A DNA stretch of 64,000 nt from a virus, in the IMG/VR virus record IMGVR_UViG_3300028840_003749, positions 1 through 64,000 of that record. One strand, given 5' to 3'. Within the stretch, counting starts at the first letter, position 1. Each line of letters opens with the position of its first letter. Both the position numbers and the translations under genes were made by a program. A model generated the notes under the pieces. It did no database searches. It saw only the letters and a program-made list of their open reading frames with translations, and had not been told where the DNA came from. Below are positions 26,779-33,811 of this stretch, piece by piece.

Positions 26779-27626
26779 TTCCTCCTCCTACGCCGACTTC
26801 TTGCAGCCTCCCTCGACGGACTCGCTGCCAGCACCGCTCTGTGGAACCTATCTATGGCTGTGTAAAGCGGAGGAGCTTTCTCCTTCAACTCCCCTTTACG
26901 CATGTTGTACATCTTGAAGGCTTCGGCGAAGTGCTCCCTATTATTCGTCAGCGAGTACAGTGAGATTCTCCACCGGTCATTCCCTCGGCTACCCGCAAAC
27001 AGCCTATGGTCGTGATTAGCCTCGACCACATTTCTCCAAGCATCGACGGCCTTCCTTCTGCCAGCATCCGACCATTGGAGAGCTTCCAAGGTGCCTTCCC
27101 TCGGCACGTTCCAGTGAAGCTCCTCCATCGTATACCAGATGCCATGTCCAAGCTCGTGGTTGTACGTGCCCTCGGACAGATTCATGCCGAACTTGTAGTC
27201 CGCGCTCCCTTTCGGATGGCTAAGTGCGAATTGAAATCCAGAAGCATTAACGTATATGCGCTTCTGTCCACCCATTTCGTGGCTGCTGCCGTAGTATACC
27301 CCTCCAAGGTTCCGAGTCATAACAGGAAGAGCTGTCTCTCTTCTCCTCAACTCACTGTAGAGTGTGTCCGGAGTGCCGAGCACAGTGACGACATCGACGG
27401 AGGCGTTCACCAACTCAGGAGTCCATTTCTTCCTGGACCCCTTGACGAGCCTTTCCATCTGCTTACCGATGGCCTCACATGTCACGTCACCTGTATCGAA
27501 GGTCTCGACTCCGATGCCTGCCGCCGACGCATCCGGACGACCTCCGGATCGAGGGGCTCCTTTTTGCCGCTTGTAAATAACGGCAAACAGGTATGCCAGT
27601 TGCTTCTTGGTCAGCGACTTTCCCAC
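26775..27626 (-). CDS. Leader-tagged zinc metallopeptidase (paralog of 25679-26557)
   Basis: GTG start 1 nt after the upstream TAA gives (V)GKSLTKKQLAYLFAVIYKRQKG. Zinc motif YNHELGHGI, with downstream NNREHFAEAFKMY. The maximal ORF extends to 27677. Confidence 0.6.
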   Translation of the reverse strand: MGKSLTKKQLAYLFAVIYKRQKGAPRSGGRPDASAAGIGVETFDTGDVTCEAIGKQMERLVKGSRKKWTPELVNASVDVVTVLGTPDTLYSELRRRETALPVMTRNLGGVYYGSSHEMGGQKRIYVNASGFQFALSHPKGSADYKFGMNLSEGTYNHELGHGIWYTMEELHWNVPREGTLEALQWSDAGRRKAVDAWRNVVEANHDHRLFAGSRGNDRWRISLYSLTNNREHFAEAFKMYNMRKGELKEKAPPLYTAIDRFHRAVLAASPSREAARSRRRRRK

Positions 27627-27627
27627 G

Positions 27628-27876
27628 TTACGTCTTCTTCCTTCTCGGAGCCTTCGCACTTGTATATCCACCAGCAACCTTCTGAGCAGAGAGGCTGCTT
27701 ATCCTGGTCAGGTGGTTGAGCATGATGTTCTCCACCTTGGCCTTGCTGTAGCCCCCGTACTCGGTCACGATGTCACTGATGTAACTAACGGCGGCTGGAC
27801 TGGCTCCAGTGATGTGGCGTCCATCGTCGGAAACCTCGGCAACCGCTCGGCCCCTGTCGTCAATGATTTGCCACAT
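27628..27876 (-). CDS. Hypothetical small protein
   Basis: 82-aa ORF packed between leader-tagged genes. Confidence 0.5.
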   Translation of the reverse strand: MWQIIDDRGRAVAEVSDDGRHITGASPAAVSYISDIVTEYGGYSKAKVENIMLNHLTRISSLSAQKVAGGYTSAKAPRRKKT

Positions 27877-27885
27877 GGCTACCCC

Positions 27886-28293
27886 CTACGGAAACTGTTT
27901 CCGGCGGACGCCCTTCTTCGGAGGATTCACGTACTTAGGACGACGGCGCTTCTTAGACCTGTAGGTCTTGCCGCTCGACTTTGCCATGCGCCGCCACCGC
28001 GAGTACAATGCTTCGGCCTTCTGGACTTCGGCTCGGCTCGGCTTGGACTTCGGGGTCATGCCGTACCCGCCAGCCTTACCTTCTCGCTCAAACCAACCTT
28101 CAGCAACCGGCCTTCGCGTCCGTCGCTGTTCGGCAACAGCAACGCGAGCCATCGTCTTAGCGAGCTTTGCCGAGCGAGTGGCTCCCCTCTTGCCGAAGAC
28201 ATACCTGGAACGATATCCTCTCGCTCGCCTTTTTTCCGACTTCCCTGCCTTCGCAAAGATAGCAGCAAGCTGTGCTCTGCTCAACCGTGCCAT
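27886..28293 (-). CDS. Leader-tagged small basic protein
   Basis: Leader MARLSRAQLAAIFAKAGKSEKRRARG. Lys/Arg-rich throughout. Carries the shared second motif AEVQKAEALYSRWRRMAK. Confidence 0.65.
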   Translation of the reverse strand: MARLSRAQLAAIFAKAGKSEKRRARGYRSRYVFGKRGATRSAKLAKTMARVAVAEQRRTRRPVAEGWFEREGKAGGYGMTPKSKPSRAEVQKAEALYSRWRRMAKSSGKTYRSKKRRRPKYVNPPKKGVRRKQFP

Positions 28294-28294
28294 G

Positions 28295-28711
28295 TCACTT
28301 TCTCCTTTGCTGCTGTCTGGCCGACGACCAATGATGCCTCGTCACTCGCCGAGGCAGACGTTTGGTCTCTTCCACGAAGACCGTATCCCACATCCGCCGT
28401 TTCTTCTTGTCCTTCGGTCGAGTCACGTACTCACCGCGCTGGCGTTTTCTCCGCAGGTCTCGAATGTAGCGCTGCTCAGCCGCTGCCTTCTTGAAGCGGA
28501 TGTCACGAAGGCGGTATGCCACCTCCTTTCCCTTCTTGTACTGAGCAGCCGAGATGCCTTTCTTCCGAGCCTGAGCCTGCGTCATCGGCGACCAGTTGCT
28601 GAGGTGGCTGTAGGCCGACTCCTTCCACTTCTTCCGACCTCCTGGCTTGCCCTCTCCTGCTCTCGCCTTTGCGAAGATAGCAGCAAGCTGTGCTCTGCTC
28701 AACCGTGCCAT
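28295..28711 (-). CDS. Leader-tagged small basic protein
   Basis: Leader MARLSRAQLAAIFAKARAGEGKPGG. The 5' end is identical at DNA level to 27886-28293 over 52 bp. Confidence 0.65.
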   Translation of the reverse strand: MARLSRAQLAAIFAKARAGEGKPGGRKKWKESAYSHLSNWSPMTQAQARKKGISAAQYKKGKEVAYRLRDIRFKKAAAEQRYIRDLRRKRQRGEYVTRPKDKKKRRMWDTVFVEETKRLPRRVTRHHWSSARQQQRRK

Positions 28712-28712
28712 G

Positions 28713-29141
28713 TCACTTTCTCCTTCTGCGCCGTCGAATACCCCTTCTGTGCCGTATCCTCTTCTTTATTTCCGACAAGCTGTCGTACTTCCTCGCTGTA
28801 GTACTCACCTTCCTCATCCGCATGTAGCGCTCAGCAACGGCCTCCCCCTTCTCAGTTTCCGACTGAGTTGGAGCCTTGTAGTTCTTGTAACCGTAGACTC
28901 TATTTCCTGCAACTCCTTTCCAACCTTCCCCTCTTGCCTTCTTGAACATCGCCTTCCGAACGTCCTTACTCCAAGGACTCTTTTTCACAACACGCTTCTT
29001 CTTGGAGTCCCATACTCCTGTGAACTTGCCCGCCTTAGCTCTCAAATGAGCGTCTTTCATGGAACCTTTGAACCGACCCTTTTGAGCCGCTGCTGCTTTT
29101 GCGAAGATAGCAGCAAGTTGCCTCCTGCTCAACCGAGCCAT
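28713..29141 (-). CDS. Leader-tagged small basic protein
   Basis: Leader MARLSRRQLAAIFAKAAAAQKG. Contains ETEKGEAVAERYMRMRK and ends in RRRRRRK. Confidence 0.65.
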   Translation of the reverse strand: MARLSRRQLAAIFAKAAAAQKGRFKGSMKDAHLRAKAGKFTGVWDSKKKRVVKKSPWSKDVRKAMFKKARGEGWKGVAGNRVYGYKNYKAPTQSETEKGEAVAERYMRMRKVSTTARKYDSLSEIKKRIRHRRGIRRRRRRK

Positions 29142-30070
29142 TATGCGGCCTCCTTCCAGAGCTTCGCAATGTCTCCGACATCTCGACCTTCCCTCGTCAG
29201 GAACGTCTCATCCACACCTTTCCTGGCTTCAATCTCATCGTCGGTGTAGAACCGAGCGATGAACGGAGACGCCGTGTGCTTGCACCACGGATGAAATGGA
29301 GGACCACCGTTCGGCAACCTCTCCACCAGCGGAAACCCTGGCGTTGCTCCGGTCAGGCTGAACACCTTTCCTCGATACGCATCACAGAAGTCACCGACCG
29401 TGCTCGGATTCGGAGAAATCACGATGAGGTCATGGTTGTTCTGCCCCGCTCGTATCTTCGTCGCTACCGTGGTCGCTTCGCGCCTCATGTTGTGGCCGAC
29501 CATGCCAGCGTAGTAGTCAAGGTCGAATTGGTACATCCGACCATCATCGCCTTTGACAATAACCTTCCCCATCGCCAGCTTGTCCACCAGCCTGTCGATG
29601 ATGCGGTCCTGAAGCTTCGCTGCACTGAGGCCTTGTATCTCGGCTTTGGCGATCTCTGCTCCCATCTCCTCGGTCCAGAACTTCGGCCTGAGCATGAGCC
29701 TGGACACGTGGTGCCTGAAACCATCGGTCGCTCCGGTCAGGTAATCCTGTGCTCGCTTCACCAGATGCTCGACCGCCAACTCGTTGACCTTCTCGAAACG
29801 AGCGTTGACCAGCAGCTTGCCCTTCTTCAGCATCCGGATACTTGCGAAGTCCTGCGTCCTATACCAGTCCGGAATTGCCTTCTCTGCCCACCACCTGCTG
29901 TATCCGTCAGTCCTGCGAAGGATTTTCCGGATATCCACCAAGAGTCCGCGCGCTCGCTCTCGCCGTGCTACTGCAGGCAGATGGCGTGCCTGACTCAAGA
30001 GCGCACGCGCGGACTCTCGATAGTACTGTGCGAGCATCGCTTCCCAGTCTGCTGTACGTACGGCCATCAC
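29141..30070 (-). CDS. Head morphogenesis protein (SPP1 gp7 / Mu F-like minor capsid protein)
   Basis: C-terminal DFCDAYRGKVFSLTG...LPNGGPPFHPWCKHTASPF matches the MuF/gp7 signature (C..C..GKvfsl...PPlHPnCRCt). Confidence 0.8.
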   Translation of the reverse strand: MMAVRTADWEAMLAQYYRESARALLSQARHLPAVARRERARGLLVDIRKILRRTDGYSRWWAEKAIPDWYRTQDFASIRMLKKGKLLVNARFEKVNELAVEHLVKRAQDYLTGATDGFRHHVSRLMLRPKFWTEEMGAEIAKAEIQGLSAAKLQDRIIDRLVDKLAMGKVIVKGDDGRMYQFDLDYYAGMVGHNMRREATTVATKIRAGQNNHDLIVISPNPSTVGDFCDAYRGKVFSLTGATPGFPLVERLPNGGPPFHPWCKHTASPFIARFYTDDEIEARKGVDETFLTREGRDVGDIAKLWKEAA

Positions 30071-30507
30071 TTCTTCCTACGTTTCTGGACTTCAGCCTTG
30101 ATGCGTTTCAGCCTTACGCGCTCCTGTTGGCGGATGTGGCTATCCATCCGCTTTCCTCCTGGACTATCCCAGTCCAGCCACAAATCCACGTACCGGCCAT
30201 TTGGCAATTTGGCCGTGTAGTTGTCACCGTGCTCCGCGTATCCGCCTTCCCATCCAAGCTGCTCAGCCAGACCATGCAACGTCACATCCACTCGCCGTGG
30301 TTCCAGAAGCAGGTCGAGGTCTTTTCGACGTCCTGCTCCTTTCTCCTTCAGTCCTCCCACGACTCGCATGTTCCATCCGGCGCCGCGCACTTGCTTCCGA
30401 ATGGACCGTACAAATGTCGCAGCGTCGGACCTGCCCCACTTCGCTCGCTCACGACCACTCATCTTCGCAAAGATGGCAGCAAGCTGCTTCCGACTAAGGC
30501 GTGCCAT
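30067..30507 (-). CDS. Leader-tagged minimal Pol-beta-like nucleotidyltransferase
   Basis: Leader MARLSRKQLAAIFAKM. VGGLKEKGAGRRKDLDLLL ... GRYVDLWL resembles the Pol X palm (GS.RRGK..gDiDiLi ... rvDl). Confidence 0.5.
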   Translation of the reverse strand: MARLSRKQLAAIFAKMSGRERAKWGRSDAATFVRSIRKQVRGAGWNMRVVGGLKEKGAGRRKDLDLLLEPRRVDVTLHGLAEQLGWEGGYAEHGDNYTAKLPNGRYVDLWLDWDSPGGKRMDSHIRQQERVRLKRIKAEVQKRRKK

Positions 30508-30509
30508 TG

Positions 30510-30800
30510 CTACTTCCTTTTGCGCTTACGCATCCTCAACCACCGGAGGTACACGGCTCTGCCCTTCTTTGTCTCCTCCGATGAGTAGAACTTCTGCTTG
30601 CTGTTGCGCCAAGCCTTCGACCGAATAGCACCACGGAAGCCCGCTTCGTTGCTCAGCTTCCGAGCCGTCACTCTGGCAGAGCTGTCATCACGTCCTCCCT
30701 GTGAGAGGACGTCGTAGTTGGCCTTAAACCTGCGCTTCTCTGTAGCTCTCGCTTTCGCAAAGATGGCAGCTAACTGTTTCCTGCTGAGCTTAGCCATCAT
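30510..30800 (-). CDS. Leader-tagged small basic protein
   Basis: Leader MMAKLSRKQLAAIFAKARATEKRRFK. Contains EETKKGRAVYLRWLRMRKRKRK. Confidence 0.65.
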   Translation of the reverse strand: MMAKLSRKQLAAIFAKARATEKRRFKANYDVLSQGGRDDSSARVTARKLSNEAGFRGAIRSKAWRNSKQKFYSSEETKKGRAVYLRWLRMRKRKRK

Positions 30801-30958
30801 CTGCTCCCCTTGTACTTGAAGAACCGAATCTGCTTCAGCCGCTTCTCAGCAGCAGCCTTGCTGCCGTAGCCGCTACGCTTACCGAGGTTCTTCCTTTTGC
30901 CACCAACCTTCTTGTGGCTCCGCACATACCACCTGTTCCCTTGCTTTTGCACCACCAT
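30797..30958 (-). CDS. Small basic protein (untagged)
   Basis: MVVQKQGNRWYVRSHKKVGGKRKNLGKRSGYGSKAAAEKRLKQIRFFKYKGSR. Trimmed to M51 of the track ORF. Confidence 0.5.
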   Translation of the reverse strand: MVVQKQGNRWYVRSHKKVGGKRKNLGKRSGYGSKAAAEKRLKQIRFFKYKGSR

Positions 30959-31052
30959 TGCCACGGCCTCCTGGAGCCTTTGCTCCGCCAAACACGGCCA
31001 ACCAGCCGTTTTTCGCCTAAGAACGCACCCTGCGGCACGCCCAACGGCAAAT

Positions 31053-32006
31053 TCACTCAAAATAACCGAGCGTCGTGAGCACTCTTTGCTGGTGGACGCG
31101 TTCCTCATGCTTCCTGTACGACGTCTTGTCGAACACCGAACTTCCTTCGCACTCCCCCCTCACGCCGAACAAGTCCAGCACGGTCGGCGTCAGGTCCATC
31201 ACCTCCGGCTCCGTCACTTCAGCAGTTGCTCCGCTCAGACCGAGGCAACTCAGATTGTTGTGCGACACCCCGTCCGGCATTCCATGGTCGCCGAACACCA
31301 GCATTACATCAGGCTGCAACTCCACGCGGAGCTTCAGAGCGATTTCACGGACGAGGTCATAGTAGTGATACCACGTATCCTGCTTTTGAGCAGCATGCCC
31401 TAACCGGTCCAGGAACGAAAACTGGATGTACTCCAGGTCCGCTCTCTCCAACCCGAGGAAAAAGTCAATCATCATGCTGGAGCTACGCCGGACCATGTTG
31501 AACCGTACTTCCGGAGGCAGATGCTTGACGTTCTCGAACCCCATCGGATCTGGCCAAGGATCGACATCGCCGTACCAGTAAATCATGTCGGCCACTCGCA
31601 TCCACTGCCTTCTCGACTCGTAGCCATCCTCCATCAGGCCTTCTGGATAGAACCACGGCTTCTTCTCGATGATTGGAAACCCACATACGTGCGCGCCGTT
31701 CACCGGTCGTGCTGGCCACGTAATCGGCACGTTGACGAGCTTCACCGTGTAACCGGCATCTCCAAGCCAGTCCCACATGTACGCAGACTCCGTCGTCTCG
31801 TAGGTCTTCTCGCCTTCCACGTTCCTGCCGAAATTCTCCTCAACGCCGTGCTTCTCCATCGTGTCACCGGTGTTCAGCGACGTCCACGCCGGTCCGGATA
31901 TCGGCACCGGGGAATGCAACGGCGACGTCTGAAATCCAGGAAGGATGAAGCCTTTCTTCACGATCCGGTAATCCAAAGCATCAAACCCTGCGAGGAGCAC
32001 TCTCAC
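31053..32006 (-). CDS. Alkaline-phosphatase-superfamily enzyme (type I phosphodiesterase / nucleotide pyrophosphatase-like)
   Basis: VLLAGFDALD; nucleophile region SPVPISGPAWTSLNTGDTMEKHGV; FLDRLGHAAQ; VFGDHGM. A GTG start at 32006 overlaps the upstream TGA (GTGA). The maximal ORF reaches 32171. Confidence 0.65.
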   Translation of the reverse strand: MRVLLAGFDALDYRIVKKGFILPGFQTSPLHSPVPISGPAWTSLNTGDTMEKHGVEENFGRNVEGEKTYETTESAYMWDWLGDAGYTVKLVNVPITWPARPVNGAHVCGFPIIEKKPWFYPEGLMEDGYESRRQWMRVADMIYWYGDVDPWPDPMGFENVKHLPPEVRFNMVRRSSSMMIDFFLGLERADLEYIQFSFLDRLGHAAQKQDTWYHYYDLVREIALKLRVELQPDVMLVFGDHGMPDGVSHNNLSCLGLSGATAEVTEPEVMDLTPTVLDLFGVRGECEGSSVFDKTSYRKHEERVHQQRVLTTLGYFE

Positions 32007-32269
32007 AATGTCTTCCTTCGCCTCTTTCGCTTCTTGACAGCTCGGCGCTTCGGACCGTGGTACGTACCGGACTTCTCCTTCAGGAAACGCGTCAGCCCAC
32101 CAGGAGAGTAAATTCCTGGCTTGCCTCTCAAATGACCTTCCACGTTCCTGAATTTCCTTCCGGCTGCCCACCGAATGACGCCAACCAATTTGCGCTGCTT
32201 GCCTCTCAAACCAAATCCACGCTTGGCGGCTCGAGCAACTCTGGCCTTCTCTCCTTTCGGCACTGGCAT
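32003..32269 (-). CDS. Small very basic protein (untagged)
   Basis: 88 aa, ends in KRRAVKKRKRRRKTL. The start abuts the stop of the upstream gene. Confidence 0.5.
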   Translation of the reverse strand: MPVPKGEKARVARAAKRGFGLRGKQRKLVGVIRWAAGRKFRNVEGHLRGKPGIYSPGGLTRFLKEKSGTYHGPKRRAVKKRKRRRKTL

Positions 32270-32270
32270 A

Positions 32271-32627
32271 CTATGAGCTCCTTGTAACGAACGCCTGAAT
32301 CACCTGCATGCCCGCAGACCAGTGAGCATGCTTTGCAATGTCAACAACTCTGGCGCTCTTGATGATTTGATTCCCGGAGTTGTCATACAGGTTGTTCACC
32401 TCGTAGCCTTCATCGACGCTGGCCGTAGGCAGGAACAGAACAGTGTAGTTGATCTGCACCTCTCTCCCGTCTCGTCCTATCATGCGTCTCGAGTTGCCGT
32501 ACGCGAAACAGGAAACGCTGTTCGTCGTCGTACCGTCTATCGGCTGTCCGTACTGGTCATTCCCTGCCGGAGCCGTCACTGAGCATCGGTGCGACAACCG
32601 TTCATTCAGGTTCATCAAGAGAGCCAT
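32271..32627 (-). CDS. Head-tail joining (head completion/adaptor) protein candidate
   Basis: 118 aa. Size, position and pattern (QYGQPIDG ... NYTVLFLP) resemble SPP1 gp16/HK97-type head closure proteins. Confidence 0.45.
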   Translation of the reverse strand: MALLMNLNERLSHRCSVTAPAGNDQYGQPIDGTTTNSVSCFAYGNSRRMIGRDGREVQINYTVLFLPTASVDEGYEVNNLYDNSGNQIIKSARVVDIAKHAHWSAGMQVIQAFVTRSS

Positions 32628-32630
32628 TGT

Positions 32631-32975
32631 TCAACCACTCCATGCCATCCGACCAGCGTTTGGACCTGACGTCATTCTTACGAAGGCGCTCGACCTTCGC
32701 CTCTGCCTCCGGACTCCGAGGTACCTCCCGATGTAGCGTCCGAGCAGGCTCTTTCCTGTCCGAGCCTGCGCTCTCCGCATGGTCGGCCTTCGTATCGGAT
32801 TTCGGCCTCTGGTCATCGCCTTTGCAAACGGCTTCGGCTTTCCCTTCACGTACGTGCGTCGGTATCTCGGACTGATGGTCCGACCTTTCGTCATGCCACC
32901 TCTCGTGCGCCGCCTCGGAACAGGCCGTTCAGAGGCTCTTCCGGATATCTGTCTCCCTCTCCTCAATCGCACCAT
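32631..32975 (-). CDS. Arginine-rich basic protein (untagged)
   Basis: 114-aa ORF exactly filling the gap between two genes, extremely Arg-rich. Confidence 0.4.
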   Translation of the reverse strand: MVRLRRGRQISGRASERPVPRRRTRGGMTKGRTISPRYRRTYVKGKPKPFAKAMTRGRNPIRRPTMRRAQARTGKSLLGRYIGRYLGVRRQRRRSSAFVRMTSGPNAGRMAWSG

Positions 32976-32976
32976 G

Positions 32977-33384
32977 CTACTTCCTCCTACTCCGGCTTGC
33001 TCTCGGCTTCCTTCGAGGCTTCGCTCGCGTTCGGACCTTCTTGGCCTTGGCTTCCCGTTCCTTGCGAATCCTCTTCTCGTTCGCCTGCTGCTTTTTCAGA
33101 GCGACGTCATAGTGCTCGTTCACCGCCCGGATGGCAGCAGCCTCAGACAGGAACTGCTTGGTCTTGCCGCGCTTCATGCCGCCGATGCGAGCCGACCAGT
33201 ATCCGCCACCGATCTGCTTAACAGTCCCGAGCGACTGCTTCCTGGCCTTCTTGTTCGCCAAGGTGTACCAGATTGAGTACCGGTCCGCCTTCGACAGATA
33301 CTTCTTGCGAGCAGATCCCTGTCCTTTGATTTTGGCGAAGATGGCAGCCAGCTGCTTTTGCGAAAGTCTCCGCTTCTTAGCCAT
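32977..33384 (-). CDS. Leader-tagged small basic protein
   Basis: Leader MAKKRRLSQKQLAAIFAKIKGQGSARKK; Lys-rich C-terminus. Confidence 0.65.
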   Translation of the reverse strand: MAKKRRLSQKQLAAIFAKIKGQGSARKKYLSKADRYSIWYTLANKKARKQSLGTVKQIGGGYWSARIGGMKRGKTKQFLSEAAAIRAVNEHYDVALKKQQANEKRIRKEREAKAKKVRTRAKPRRKPRASRSRRK

Positions 33385-33386
33385 GC

Positions 33387-33809
33387 TTACGGCCCTCTGT
33401 CGTCTATCTTGTCATCGAGCTTCTGGACCTGAGTCTGAAGGACGGTCACCTTGTCCAACAGAGCCTCCAGCTTCAATGCGCTTTGTATTTCCGTCCTCTC
33501 CACCCCTCTCGCGTTCTCCTGCACCTGCTCTCTCAGCCGCTCAAGCACGGCAGAAGTGCGCTCCTGAGCTTCAGCCTTCCACCTCCATGTCAGGCCGAGG
33601 TTGGTGAGAAGTAAGACGAGAGCCGTGAGAAGCAGTGTGCCCCCGTACATCTTGATGTTCCTCAGCGTTGTGCGCACACGAGTCACAACACCGAGACCTT
33701 CGCACGAGACCACGGATACCTCCTCCAACTTTCCGTCTGCATGGCGAATCCGAGCTTCCGGCGGCCTACCGGTCGGATTCAACTGTGCGTCGTTATTGTT
33801 GTTCGGCAC
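33387..33809 (-). CDS. Membrane-anchored coiled-coil protein
   Basis: GTG start 2 nt after the upstream TAA, with AAGGGGG as RBS. TM GGTLLLTALVLLLTNLGL, then coiled coil. The maximal ORF reaches 33875. Confidence 0.5.
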   Translation of the reverse strand: MPNNNNDAQLNPTGRPPEARIRHADGKLEEVSVVSCEGLGVVTRVRTTLRNIKMYGGTLLLTALVLLLTNLGLTWRWKAEAQERTSAVLERLREQVQENARGVERTEIQSALKLEALLDKVTVLQTQVQKLDDKIDDRGP

Positions 33810-33811
33810 AG

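Noticed and set aside
25679-27626. The two zincin proteins as the missing endolysin.
   Set aside because: HExxH alone does not indicate a peptidoglycan peptidase. No cell-wall-binding domain is seen, and the leader tag plus virion-module context fit the packaged-cargo interpretation better.
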